NCBI GenBank assembly: GCA_965215505.1 | Contig: OZ244065.1 | Span: 4,416,001 to 4,480,000 of the forward strand | DNA from: Capsulimonadaceae bacterium | Lineage (GTDB): Bacteria; Armatimonadota; Armatimonadia; Armatimonadales; Capsulimonadaceae | Reading direction: 5' to 3' | Length of the DNA: 64,000 bases | Shown: positions 1 to 9,532 of the stretch, piece by piece | How the letters are laid out: every line of letters begins with the position of its first letter | Numbering within the stretch: the stretch's first letter is position 1 | Translations under genes and position numbers: made by a program | The notes under the pieces: generated by a model | The model's input: the letters and a program-made list of their open reading frames with translations, nothing else | What the model was told of the DNA's origin: nothing | The model's database searches: none

Positions 1-986
1 TGCTGGATGGGGAAGGCGTACAGGTACATCCCGTAGGAAAAATCGCCCCACCGGGCCAAGCCCTGGAGCCGGACGCGCGGCTGGAACGCGAACGAAAATA
101 GGGCGTAGGAGCCGAAGAGCGGCAGGGCGGCGCTGAACCACTCGTCCCGCCGTGCCGCCGCCAGCAGGACCAGGACGGACAAGCCGAGCAACACGGGCGA
201 GGAGGGGACGCGGTCCCGGTACAGGCAGAACGCCGCGCCCGAAAGGTAGCAGGCCGAGAGCCGGAGCCACGCGGACGGGCTGCCGACCCAGGGAAGCTCG
301 GCGGCCGGGACGGGCATAAGAGAAGTCACCTGCGACACGGCGAGCAGGCAGTACAGCAGCACGAACAGCGCCCCGACCCACACCTCCCGCCCGCGCCGCA
401 GCAGGCCGGCCGCGCCGAGGGCCGCCGTCAGCAGGTACATCTCGAACTCATAGCGCAGCGTCCAGAACGAGCCGTCCATCACTTTCGGGTAGGGCAGGCG
501 CGTGAAGACGTGGGCCACGTCCGGCCCCACCACGTCGGCGGGCAGCAGGAACAGGTACAGGGCGAATTTCAGCAGCCGGAAGTGGTGCCAATAAAGAGAG
601 GCCGAGTCCGCGCCCAGCGGCCCGACGAGCAGGGCGCAGGCGGCCGAGGCCAGGAAGAAGCCGGGGTAGATCCGCAGCGCGCGTCTCCGCAGGAACGGCC
701 AGACCCCCGGACTGCGCTGCCGGCTCATCGTCACCAGGAACCCGCTGATGACGAAAAAGAAGTCAACGCCGGCCCCGCCCGCCAGCGTCGCCGCCCGCTC
801 CGCCGTCCCGCCCCGCCCCGGCCCGCCCGGCGGGAGCAGCGCGAAGCAGTGGTACAGCAGCACCAGCGAGGCCAGCACGAACCGCAGGAAGTCGAAGTTG
901 TTCCGACGGCCCTCGGCGGCGGAAGCGAAGGTGGCACGGAAAAGGCCGGCACGGAAAAGGCTGGTGCTGAGGCGGGGCGGTCCCAT
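1..986 (-). CDS. Acyltransferase family 3 (OafA-like) membrane protein, 3' end runs off the window
   Basis: Manual minus-strand translation from ATG 986 gives ...RRNNFDFLRFVLASLVLLYHCFAL...AVDFFFVISGFLV-like segment...DGSFWTLRYEFEMY...GDFSYGMYLYAFPIQ, typical AT3 motifs. Not in the ORF track because no stop lies in the window. Confidence 0.85.
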   Translation of the reverse strand, partial: MGPPRLSTSLFRAGLFRATFASAAEGRRNNFDFLRFVLASLVLLYHCFALLPPGGPGRGGTAERAATLAGGAGVDFFFVISGFLVTMSRQRSPGVWPFLRRRALRIYPGFFLASAACALLVGPLGADSASLYWHHFRLLKFALYLFLLPADVVGPDVAHVFTRLPYPKVMDGSFWTLRYEFEMYLLTAALGAAGLLRRGREVWVGALFVLLYCLLAVSQVTSLMPVPAAELPWVGSPSAWLRLSACYLSGAAFCLYRDRVPSSPVLLGLSVLVLLAAARRDEWFSAALPLFGSYALFSFAFQPRVRLQGLARWGDFSYGMYLYAFPIQ

Positions 987-1088
987 GCCCCAGGGTAACA
1001 CGGCAGCCCGCCCGCTGTCAACCGTGCGCCGCCGGTTCGCTGTCAGGATGTGGGCCAAGACACAGGGGCGGCGTGGTATAATCCCCCT

Positions 1089-2108
1089 ATGAACACCCGT
1101 CTCCTCCTGCCGCTCGCTGCCTTCGCCGCTCTGGCATCTTTCCCCGCGCCCGCCGCTCCGCCAGCCTACCATCTGATCAAGAAGGTCATATTGGGCGGGG
1201 AGGGGGGCTGGGACTATCTCACGCTCGACGCCGCCTCCCGGCGGCTGTACATCAGCCGGGGAACGCACGTCATGGTCGTCAACGCCGACACTTACAGGGT
1301 CGTCGGCGACATCCCGAACACCAACGGGGTCCACGGCATCGCCCTCGCCCCCAGCCTCGGGCGCGGCTTCACCTCCAACGGCCAGGCCAACACGGTCACG
1401 ACCTTCGACCTCAAGACGCTGAAGGCCCTGGGGACCGCCAAGACCGGCGACCGGCCCGACGCCATCCTCTACGAACCCGCCACCCGGCGCGTGTTCACCT
1501 TCAACGGCGGCGGAAACAGCGCCACCGCCGTGGACGCGGTCACCGGCAAGGTCCTTGCCACGATCCCCTTGGGCGGACGCCCCGAGTTCGCCGCCACGGA
1601 CGGGGCGGGGATGGTCTACGACAACATTGAGGACAAGAACGAGATCGTCGCCATCAACGCCCGGACGCTGGCCATCACACACCGCTGGCCGGTCGCCCCG
1701 CTGGCCTCGCCGTCCGGGCTGGCGATGGACCCCAGGAGCCGCCGCCTGTTTGCGGTCTGCGACGGCCGGAAGATGGCCGTCGTCAGTGCCGACACCGGCC
1801 GAGTCGTCGCCTCGCCCGCCATTGGCGACGGCCCGGACGCCGCCGCCTTCGACCCCGGCGCGGCCCTTGCCTTCAGCTCCAACGGCGAGGACGGCACCCT
1901 GACCGTCATCCGCGAAGCCGCGCCGGACTCCTACCGCGTCCTCGAGAGCGTCCCGACCCAGGCCGGGGCGCGGACCATGGCCGTGGACACCAAGACCCAC
2001 CGGGTCTTCCTGGTCACCGCCAGGCCCGCCCCCGCCGCCCCCGGCACCCCGCCGTGGCGCCGCGCCTATGTCCCCGGCACCTTCACGCTGCTCGTCTTCG
2101 GGCCGTGA
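1089..2108 (+). CDS. Secreted YncE/YVTN-type beta-propeller protein
   Basis: Signal peptide, GGEGGWDYL, repeated propeller blades (HGIA, PDAI, PEFA, GARTMA). Confidence 0.8.
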   Translation: MNTRLLLPLAAFAALASFPAPAAPPAYHLIKKVILGGEGGWDYLTLDAASRRLYISRGTHVMVVNADTYRVVGDIPNTNGVHGIALAPSLGRGFTSNGQANTVTTFDLKTLKALGTAKTGDRPDAILYEPATRRVFTFNGGGNSATAVDAVTGKVLATIPLGGRPEFAATDGAGMVYDNIEDKNEIVAINARTLAITHRWPVAPLASPSGLAMDPRSRRLFAVCDGRKMAVVSADTGRVVASPAIGDGPDAAAFDPGAALAFSSNGEDGTLTVIREAAPDSYRVLESVPTQAGARTMAVDTKTHRVFLVTARPAPAAPGTPPWRRAYVPGTFTLLVFGP

Positions 2109-2274
2109 TTCGCGGCGCAAGCCTTGACAAATTCGCCTTTATGTGTTACCCTGCATCGGGGCGGCCCGCCCGCCCGAGCGCATCAGCAAACGCAAGCGGC
2201 CACACCGTTCCCGCCGACCCAACGGCAGGCGATCCGGTGCGAGGCGGCTGCTGCGAAAGTAAGGAGCACACACC

Positions 2275-2487
2275 ATGCCAGTCGGTAAGATCAAATGGTT
2301 CAGCGACGCCAAGGGCTACGGGTTCATCGACACCGGTGAAGCCAAAGACCTGTTCGTCCACTTCTCGGCCATCCAGCAGAACGGCTACAAGTCGCTGCGC
2401 GAGGGCCAGGAAGTCGAGTACGAGGTGGGCGAAGGCCCCAAAGGCCCGCAGGCCGAGAAGGTCGTCCCGCACGTCGGCCAGGTCTGA
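2275..2487 (+). CDS. cspA: Cold-shock protein (CSD)
   Basis: GKIKWF, KGYGFI (RNP1), LFVHFSAI (RNP2); AAGGAG RBS; TTGACA at ~2124 implies a long 5' UTR. Confidence 0.95.
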   Translation: MPVGKIKWFSDAKGYGFIDTGEAKDLFVHFSAIQQNGYKSLREGQEVEYEVGEGPKGPQAEKVVPHVGQV

Positions 2488-2615
2488 CACGCCGGCCAGG
2501 TTTGAGCGGCCGGCGGTGCTTTGGCATGGTTCTTGCATTTACCTTAAGTCAGGGGCGCGTCCGCACTGACGGGCGCGACGGCCCCGGAACAGTCCCGGAA
2601 AGAAACATCACCACC

Positions 2616-3848
2616 ATGAACCATGTCACCCGTCCAAATCAGGGAGTCCGTCTGCGGGTCGCCGTTTGGGCTGCCCTGATGCTCCTCTGCGTCGCCGTCT
2701 CCTGCCGGCCCGCCACCGCCCAGGGTGCTGCCAGCCTCGTCAACGTGATTGACGCCGGCGCGCGGCTGCACATCACGGTCGCCAACGAGGCCCAGCTCTC
2801 CGGCGACTACACCGTGGACGCCGACGGCAACATCACGCTCCTCTACATCAACCAGGTCCGCGTCCAGGGGCTGACCCCCGCCCAGGCCGCCGCCCTCATC
2901 CGGGGCAATGCCGCCTCCGGCGGCAAGCCCGCCACCGGCCTGTCCCAGTTCTACGTCAGCCCGCAGGTCGTGGTCACTATCACCGACGTCGGCGGCATCG
3001 GCGTGGACGTGGCCGGGCTGGTCAGCGCGCCGCGCCACTACACCGTCCGCTCCAACGCCCGCCTGGACGACGTCATGCAGCAGGCCGTCCCCGCGCTCAA
3101 CGCCGATCTGAGCAAGGTCGAGGTCACGCGCGGCGATACCAAGGCCAAGGAGACGTTCAACTACCGCGCCTACCTCGACAGCAGGGACGAAGCGGGCAAC
3201 CCGCTGCTCCGCAGCGGCGACGTCATCGTCATCAGCAACCGCGACCCGCAGCCCATCTCCATCAACATCCAGGGCCAGGTCGCGAAGCCTGGCCGGTTCC
3301 AGGTGCCCCCCACCACGACCGCCTACAGCGCCCTCCAGGCGGCGGGCGGCCCGACACTCGCCGCCAACACGGCGGGGATCGTCATCAAGCACTTCGGCAC
3401 GACCGACACCATCCCCTTCCAGTACGCCCAGGCCGGCCAAAACCCCACCGATGCCGCCCTCAACCCGGTCCTGCTGGACGGCGACACGATCATCGTCGCC
3501 GCCGCGCCGGTCCTCGCCACCTACACCCTGACCGGGGCGGGCATCCGCAACCCCGCCGAGTACCCGCTGCCCAACGGCGTGCCGATCTCCCTCGCCGCCG
3601 CCATCGGCAAGGCGGGCGGCCTGTCCGACCGCGCCAAGATCAACGAGGTACAGATCATCCGCTCCAACCCCAAGTCAGGGGCCTCGCAGACGATCAAGCT
3701 CGATGCCAAGGACCCCACCGTCCAGGGCAGCACGCTGATCCAGCCCGGCGACAACATCACCATCGGCCAGGGCGGCGCCCCCTCGCGCGTTGACCCCCTC
3801 CAGGCCCTCGGTATTCTGATCGCCGTCTTCAGCGTCCTGCACCACTAG
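2616..3848 (+). CDS. Polysaccharide biosynthesis/export protein with SLBB domains (Wza-like)
   Basis: Signal peptide; Poly_export motif (YTVDADGNITLLYINQVRVQGLT); repeated SLBB-like units (GQVAKPG, AGG, GDxI). Confidence 0.8.
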   Translation: MNHVTRPNQGVRLRVAVWAALMLLCVAVSCRPATAQGAASLVNVIDAGARLHITVANEAQLSGDYTVDADGNITLLYINQVRVQGLTPAQAAALIRGNAASGGKPATGLSQFYVSPQVVVTITDVGGIGVDVAGLVSAPRHYTVRSNARLDDVMQQAVPALNADLSKVEVTRGDTKAKETFNYRAYLDSRDEAGNPLLRSGDVIVISNRDPQPISINIQGQVAKPGRFQVPPTTTAYSALQAAGGPTLAANTAGIVIKHFGTTDTIPFQYAQAGQNPTDAALNPVLLDGDTIIVAAAPVLATYTLTGAGIRNPAEYPLPNGVPISLAAAIGKAGGLSDRAKINEVQIIRSNPKSGASQTIKLDAKDPTVQGSTLIQPGDNITIGQGGAPSRVDPLQALGILIAVFSVLHH

Positions 3849-3887
3849 GCCTGCGCTGCTGATGCGGAAAAAGCAGGCCCGAAATGG

Positions 3888-3921
3888 AAAAGCCCCCCGC
3901 CCCTATAAAAGGGGGCGGGGG
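3888..3921. terminator. GC-rich hairpin between convergent genes
   Basis: CCCCCGCCCC...GGGGCGGGG inverted repeat with flanking A-run. Confidence 0.55.
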
Positions 3922-3923
3922 AC

Positions 3924-4493
3924 TTACTTGTTCTGAGCCGTCTCCGCCGGGTCGGTCTTTTCCGGCTCCGGCGGGTGGGGATGGGCGGCATGGCGGTGCG
4001 AGGCATAAGGCGCGTTCAGGCGGCGGCAGAGCTTGGCGATCTCGCGCAGGCGGCCGATCTCGCGGTTCATGTCAACGTGCGCGATGTCGCGCCGGTCCAA
4101 TGAGTTAATCAGGCACTCGGCCAGGCGGATCGCGCCCAGCGCGACCACCTCATGGTCGTAATCCACCGTCACATAGAATCGCCCGCGCGGGTCCACGGTC
4201 CAGTTCCAGCGCGTCTCGCCGGACAGGGGGATGCCGACGCCGCGCCGTACCTGGTTCTGGATCTCCATGATCAGGTGTTCGAACAGGTGGGGAATCTCGG
4301 TCGCCTGCGCCTCCCGGCCGAAGGAAAGTCCCTCGTCGTTGAAGCAGTGCTGCGCGGCCATCTGCGGCAGCAGCTTGAACAGGATGCGCGGGATGTGCGG
4401 GCGCTCCTCCGTCGTGTAGGGACCCGTGTCCGGCATCTCGACCACCAGGGTCGCGCGCCCGCTGTCGTGAAAAACGATTTCGGTGACTTTCAA
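3924..4493 (-). CDS. Stand-alone cyanophycin synthetase N-terminal-like domain protein
   Basis: LLPQMAAQHC...ATEIPHLFEHLIMEIQ...GETR resembles the CphA N-domain (LPxLxEHxC...GTxxGHxxEHxxLELQ...GxTR). TTG start. Confidence 0.65.
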   Translation of the reverse strand: MKVTEIVFHDSGRATLVVEMPDTGPYTTEERPHIPRILFKLLPQMAAQHCFNDEGLSFGREAQATEIPHLFEHLIMEIQNQVRRGVGIPLSGETRWNWTVDPRGRFYVTVDYDHEVVALGAIRLAECLINSLDRRDIAHVDMNREIGRLREIAKLCRRLNAPYASHRHAAHPHPPEPEKTDPAETAQNK

Positions 4494-4526
4494 GGTATTT
4501 CCCGTGCTTTTTGCCGGTCCAGACTC

Positions 4527-4555
4527 TTGACATTTCCTCGGGAAGAGTCTATAAT
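4527..4555 (+). promoter_or_regulatory. Consensus sigma70 promoter of tRNA-Asn
   Basis: TTGACA (4527-4532), 17-nt spacer, TATAAT (4550-4555). Confidence 0.85.
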
Positions 4556-4569
4556 ATCGCTGGCTTTAT

Positions 4570-4645
4570 TCCCTGATAGCTCAATTGGCAGAGCGTTCGG
4601 CTGTTAACTGAAATGTTGTAGGTTCAAGTCCTACTCAGGGAGCCA
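4570..4645 (+). tRNA. tRNA-Asn(GTT)
   Basis: Acceptor stem TCCCTGA/TCAGGGA, D-arm AGCTCAATTGGCAGAGC, anticodon loop CTGTTAA, T-loop GGTTCAAGTCC, encoded CCA end; 76 nt. Confidence 0.97.
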
Positions 4646-4792
4646 CCCCTTTTCACGATGCTTTCACTAATCCCGTGAAGCTTTCACGAAGTCCTCTTTG
4701 ACAACCTCTCCCGCAGCCTATCGCATTGTATCATAAGAATTGGCGTTTGTCCAGGACTCGTTCTTCCCCACTTCCGTCATAGAAGGCAAACC

Positions 4793-5347
4793 ATGAACGC
4801 AGACTGGCTGGTGCGCGTCGGCCCCGTCGTCGGCGCGCTCTTCCTGGCGCGCATCGTCGGCCAGTGGCGCGGCTCCAAACGGCAGAAGGCAGCCATGACG
4901 ACGCCCCTGTTCGACGGTGCTCTCCTGGAAGCCGTCTTCCAGCCCCGCCCGCGCGACGGCGACGACGCCGACCTCTTGGCCGAGGTGCGGGACACCCTGG
5001 CCCACCTCAACCGCCAGGCCTGGGCCGAGGAGTTCTGGGGCCTGAACGAGCAGATCGCCGCCCTCTACGCCAAGATCGCCCCCCCCCAGCAGGCCACCCT
5101 GCGCCGCGCCCTCCTGCGCCTGCTGACCGCGAACGACCGCTGGCTCCAGCTCGTCGCCGCCAAGACCGCCGCAGACCTCGGCATGGCCGAGGCAATCCCC
5201 CCCCTGCGCGCCATCCTGGAGATGGGCGACTCCCAGACCTTCTCCGCCAGCAAGGCCGAATACTCCAGCGCCGACGCCGTCACCCTGCGCTTCCGCAAGG
5301 TGCTGGAAGAGGCGCTTGCGACCCTGACGATGGAGGCGACTCCATGA
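4793..5347 (+). CDS. Hypothetical protein, N-terminal TM plus HEAT-repeat-like C-terminus
   Basis: High-GC3 codon usage; hydrophobic N-terminus; AAKTAADLGMAEAIPPL resembles a HEAT/PBS repeat. Confidence 0.6.
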   Translation: MNADWLVRVGPVVGALFLARIVGQWRGSKRQKAAMTTPLFDGALLEAVFQPRPRDGDDADLLAEVRDTLAHLNRQAWAEEFWGLNEQIAALYAKIAPPQQATLRRALLRLLTANDRWLQLVAAKTAADLGMAEAIPPLRAILEMGDSQTFSASKAEYSSADAVTLRFRKVLEEALATLTMEATP

Positions 5348-5381
5348 AGTCACCGGCCCTCCGGGCTTCGGAGCGGTCCGT

Positions 5382-5406
5382 GTAGGGGTGCCGCTTGCCG
5401 CGCCCT
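5382..5406 (+). repeat. GTAG-type REP-like palindrome
   Basis: GTAGGGGTGCCGCTTGCCGCGCCCT; one mismatch to the copy at 61327-61351. Confidence 0.7.
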
Positions 5407-5513
5407 CTGTATTCTCTATGCCCTCCGTATTCTCTATGCCCTGTCCAGCCTGCCGCGCTCTCCTAATGCCTCTCCCATGAACCCGCCCGCTAGGCCCACT
5501 GAAAGCCCCGCCC

Positions 5514-6005
5514 ATGAAGTTCGACTACACCCTCGACTACAAGACCCTGGACCTGCGCGCCCACCCCGAGCTGTACCGCATCGGGGTGGGGGAGCAGGGC
5601 GTCCTCCTGGTCGAGCCGTACAAGAGCGAGATCCTGCCCCACTGGCGCTTCGCCACCCCCGACGCCGCCCGCGAGTCCTCCGAAGCCATCTGGGCGATGT
5701 TCCAGGACTACGGCCGTCAAAACGACTTCGTGGGAATGGATCTCGCCAGGAAGTTCTTACAGATGGGAATGACCCGCGCCCGCCGCTACGCGAACCACAA
5801 AGGCGGCCACAAATACGACGGCCCCGTCCCCGAAGACAAGCGCGGCCAGAGCGGCGCACACGGCCGGGCCGTCCTGCCCTACACCACCGACCCAATCAAG
5901 GCCGAATCGGCCGCCATCTTTCGGGCTAAGTGGGAAGAAGCCAAGGCCGACCCCACCTACCAACGGCTGATGCAGAGGCACCGGGAGATGTACGAAATGG
6001 GATGA
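5514..6005 (+). CDS. DUF4385 family protein
   Basis: HPELYRIGVGEQGVLLVEPYKSEILPHWRF and DFVGMDLARKFLQMG-TRARRYANHKGG. Confidence 0.85.
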   Translation: MKFDYTLDYKTLDLRAHPELYRIGVGEQGVLLVEPYKSEILPHWRFATPDAARESSEAIWAMFQDYGRQNDFVGMDLARKFLQMGMTRARRYANHKGGHKYDGPVPEDKRGQSGAHGRAVLPYTTDPIKAESAAIFRAKWEEAKADPTYQRLMQRHREMYEMG

Positions 6006-6124
6006 TCTTCTCTCTGTCTTGCCGGATGCGGCCTGCTGTCGCGAGGGGGAAAGATACACGGCAGGAATGAATGGAATAACATGAACACGCGCAAGCCCCC
6101 TGGATCTGGTGGTTAGGGATCACA

Positions 6125-6568
6125 TTGCTGGTCCTGCTCTTCTTCGGCTTCATCTGCCAGCGGCTCGGGACGCTGAGGGGCCTCCTCGGCATGCGACCCT
6201 TACCGCCGAACAGCTTCCTTGGCTACCAGTTCGGGACGCCAAACCGCGTCCCGCCGCCGAGCATCGCCATTAACCTGTATGACCCGAACATCATCGAAGT
6301 CGCGGATTTTGGACCCGCAACCATGACCGGTGTCCGAGCCTCGATCTCTGGTGTTCCGCCGGTGTATCTTGGGACCATTCGGCCCCTCAAGAGCGGCAGA
6401 AATCTGTCCAGCCAGATCGCCAAGACTTCTTTCTGGATACCGCATCCTTGGCCTGTTGGGTCGCCACGATATATGAAGATACGTCTGCAATACTGGGCCG
6501 ATGGCTATCTACAGGACGGCACCTATACCATCAGGGCATACCCTAAGCCACCATTTGAGCCTTTCTGA
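6125..6568 (+). CDS. Hypothetical membrane-anchored protein, lower GC, start uncertain
   Basis: 147-aa ORF with hydrophobic N-terminus; the frame is open upstream to a TAA at 6077. Confidence 0.45.
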   Translation: MLVLLFFGFICQRLGTLRGLLGMRPLPPNSFLGYQFGTPNRVPPPSIAINLYDPNIIEVADFGPATMTGVRASISGVPPVYLGTIRPLKSGRNLSSQIAKTSFWIPHPWPVGSPRYMKIRLQYWADGYLQDGTYTIRAYPKPPFEPF

Positions 6569-6726
6569 GAAGTGTTACTCGGCTCGCCGCTCCCCCCCGT
6601 GAAACCCTGTAAGCTCTGCGTGGTTAACGGATGAAGGCGCTCTCCGACTCAAGTCACTGATGTTACGCACTGTCTGCCGCCTCTCCCTAGTACGCTACCC
6701 CGGCGGAGCGAGCGGGCTGGGAGCGG

Positions 6727-6875
6727 GCCGAGTGGTTGAAAACCACTCGCTAGGAGAAGCGTTCTGCGAACGGGAATACGGATGCCGGATGTCTCCGCCC
6801 CCAAGGGGCCATTTCGGGGCCATCTCCTGTGTCCGCAGGACACTTCTCCTAGCGAGTGGTTTTCAACCACTCGGC
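6727..6875. repeat. REP/BIME-like doublet: 33-bp perfect inverted repeats, each with an internal palindrome
   Basis: GCCGAGTGGTTGAAAACCACTCGCTAGGAGAAG at 6727-6759 and its reverse complement at 6843-6875. Confidence 0.85.
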
Positions 6876-6989
6876 ACTCGGCTCGGCACGCGGCTATGCC
6901 TGCGTAACATCAGTCAAGTCATCCTCTCCCCTTCCGATCCTCTCCTCGGTAGTTGCCCTCCGGGTAGCCAGTGCTGCGCCGGGAGAGGT

Positions 6990-9443
6990 TCACCCCTTCA
7001 CCCGCACCGCCCTCCCGTCATCCAGCACCACCAGCACATTGTCGCCCAGGCTGGTGTAAGCCGCCAAGCTCGGGTACTTCTTCAGCAGGGCGAAATGGGC
7101 GTCGCTGAAGGCCTGCACGGTCAGCACGTCCTTCTGCTTGGCCGCGTCGTAGGCGCTGTCGGTCCAGACGCCGCCTTGCAGGGTGAAGGTCTTCGTGCCC
7201 ACCGTGCGGACCCGGTCGCCGACGGCCTTGGCCTGGTCCGCGTCATAGCCGGCCAGGCCGCTGGCGACCGAGGCGCTTTTCGTGGCGCGCAATGCCTGGC
7301 TCTGGGTCGTGGCGACCGGCCCGCTCAGGGCGGCATACGCCTGGGGCGGGGCAGGGGAAGGAGATTTCAGGATCGGTCCGCCGAAGCCGCCTCCTCCACC
7401 GAAACCGCCCCCGCCGACGAACGGCGGCGGGGCGGGCACCGGGACTCCGCGCCGGATGCCGTGCAGGGGGCCGCCGAACGGCGCGTTCTCCTCGCTGCCG
7501 TCCGTCACCAGGAATGAGGTGTAGGGGGTGACGACCCCATACTCTTTGGACAGGCGCACGACCTCAGCCACCAGTTCCGGGTCGTCCGCGCTGCCGCTGC
7601 CGCCGGTCGTGTCCGTCTGGCGCAGGCGGATCGCGTCCAGAAGGTAACCGATCTTGCGCGTCGCCCACAGGCGCGGCAGGAAGTCGTTCGTGTCCGCCAC
7701 GGCGGGCAGCGTCGTCGCCAGGGAACAGGAAACCGGCCTGCCGCCGACGTTCCCCGTCAAGCGGGCGGTGACCGGGCCGCTGCCCGTGTAGCGGCCGGCA
7801 ATCAACAACTGCGAGCCGGTGAACAGGTCGGGCAGCTCGGACGGGTTCGGGTACAGCTCCGCCGTCTGCGCGCCGCCGATCTCGACATGCACATCCGTCA
7901 GCACCGGCGAGGCGACCTTCTTGTAGAAGCGCGAGACCTTGGCCTCGATGTCCTCCTCGGGCCGGACGTAGTCCGAGTCGCCCCGGTTCGCCTGGGCCAG
8001 ACGGTCCAAAAAGTGGACGTCCACGTCGTACCCGACGCCGAAGTCGAACAGGCGGACGTGACGCGCCCGGCTCAGGGCGCGCGCCCCCGCCGTGATCTTC
8101 GCGTCGTCCGTCTCGCCCACCGTCGGCAGGCCGTCGGTCAGGAAGATCGTCATGTTCTGGCTGCCGCCGTCCCCGCCCGCCTCGGCCGGGAACATCTTCA
8201 GGGCGGCGTCCAGGGCGTCATGGATGTTCGTCCCGCCCTCCGCCTCGATCCCCCGGACGAAGGCCAGGCCGCGCTTGACGTTGTCCGGGGTGGCCCGCAG
8301 CAGGCCGCCGGGGCTGAGGATATCGTTCGACTCGTTGAACGTCATCACGTTGAACTCGTCGCCCGGCCGCAGGGCTTGCAGGACATAGGCTAGCGCGCTC
8401 CGGGCCTGCTCGATCTTCGGCCCGGCCATCGAGCCGGACCGGTCCAGCACCAGCACGACGCGCTTGGGCAGGGCGGGGGCGTCCGGCAGGGCCATCTTGG
8501 GCGAGGCCATCAAGAGGAAGTAGCCCGAGTCGCGCTTGCCCTCCGCGCCCGGCGTGAAGGCCGCCGTCCGCGCGCCCGCCAGGGAGACGTTGTAGGCCAG
8601 CAGCCCCAGGCCCACCGGGTCCTTCCGCACGGTGCTGTAGTAAAGGATGAAGTCGTCCTTGACCCGCGCGTCCTTCGCCTCCCAGGTGACGGTCGCCGCC
8701 GTGTCACCCGTCCGGCGGATGCTGACGTCGTGCGTCGGGGAGTAGATGTTGGCGAGCGCCTCGCCGTCCTGCAATGTTACCTGCACCGTCGTCTCGCGCG
8801 GCAGCGGCCCGCCCGCCGCGCCGCCGCCCAGCGTCCCGCCGAGGAACGAGTAGACGTACTTGCGGGCGTCCCCGCCCTCGGGCGGCAGGGCTTCCGCGTA
8901 CTTCAGAGTCACCCGGCGCGTCGCGTGGGGCGGGACCGGGTACAGCTTGACCTCATAGGCCCCGCGCCCGACATAGCGCAGCAGGGCCGGGTCGCGCTGA
9001 CGCCGGACGATGCCCTCGTAGGTATCGGCGGCCTGGTCCTTGTCCAGCAGCCGCCCGGTCATCTGCTTGTCCCCGTCATACAGCGCGAAATCCGAGACGG
9101 TCGCGCCCTCCGGCAGCGGGAACAGGTACGAGCCTTCCTGCGCCATGTCCGTGTCGTTGCGCCAGATCTGCTCCACCTCCGTCTGCGCGACTCCCCCCGC
9201 CATCGCCGTGCGGATGTGGACCGCATCAATCGTCAGCACCTGCTGGAAGGCCGGCCGCCAGACCGGCGGGGGTGCCCAATCGGGCGGACTCGGCCAAACC
9301 GGCGGATGTGGGCGCGGCCTGACTTCTTGCCGCACCTGGGCATGAACGGGGGATGTAGGGCGGGCGGCGTACAGCGCCCCGGCCCCGACCACCAGGGGTA
9401 GGGCGACCATCAGCATCGAGCGGGTAGGGATGAGCGGCATCAC
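6990..9443 (-). CDS. VIT and VWA domain protein (inter-alpha-trypsin inhibitor-like), exported
   Basis: VIT (YLFPLPEGATVSDFA, RQRDPALL); VWA MIDAS DRSGSM, GGTNI, FLTDG; AGGAG RBS before GTG 9443/ATG 9440. Confidence 0.9.
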   Translation of the reverse strand: MMPLIPTRSMLMVALPLVVGAGALYAARPTSPVHAQVRQEVRPRPHPPVWPSPPDWAPPPVWRPAFQQVLTIDAVHIRTAMAGGVAQTEVEQIWRNDTDMAQEGSYLFPLPEGATVSDFALYDGDKQMTGRLLDKDQAADTYEGIVRRQRDPALLRYVGRGAYEVKLYPVPPHATRRVTLKYAEALPPEGGDARKYVYSFLGGTLGGGAAGGPLPRETTVQVTLQDGEALANIYSPTHDVSIRRTGDTAATVTWEAKDARVKDDFILYYSTVRKDPVGLGLLAYNVSLAGARTAAFTPGAEGKRDSGYFLLMASPKMALPDAPALPKRVVLVLDRSGSMAGPKIEQARSALAYVLQALRPGDEFNVMTFNESNDILSPGGLLRATPDNVKRGLAFVRGIEAEGGTNIHDALDAALKMFPAEAGGDGGSQNMTIFLTDGLPTVGETDDAKITAGARALSRARHVRLFDFGVGYDVDVHFLDRLAQANRGDSDYVRPEEDIEAKVSRFYKKVASPVLTDVHVEIGGAQTAELYPNPSELPDLFTGSQLLIAGRYTGSGPVTARLTGNVGGRPVSCSLATTLPAVADTNDFLPRLWATRKIGYLLDAIRLRQTDTTGGSGSADDPELVAEVVRLSKEYGVVTPYTSFLVTDGSEENAPFGGPLHGIRRGVPVPAPPPFVGGGGFGGGGGFGGPILKSPSPAPPQAYAALSGPVATTQSQALRATKSASVASGLAGYDADQAKAVGDRVRTVGTKTFTLQGGVWTDSAYDAAKQKDVLTVQAFSDAHFALLKKYPSLAAYTSLGDNVLVVLDDGRAVRVKG

Positions 9444-9532
9444 GGTTCTCCTTGCGAAGCGGGCTTCTTGGGCCATTAGACCCGCCCCACACCGAGGGGC
9501 TTCAATCCGTCGGTAATCATGAAGAACGGTGT

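Noticed and set aside
5406-5443. Two-copy ~18-bp tandem duplication (GTATTCTCTATGCCCT core)
   Set aside because: Only two intergenic copies next to a REP; no evidence of function.
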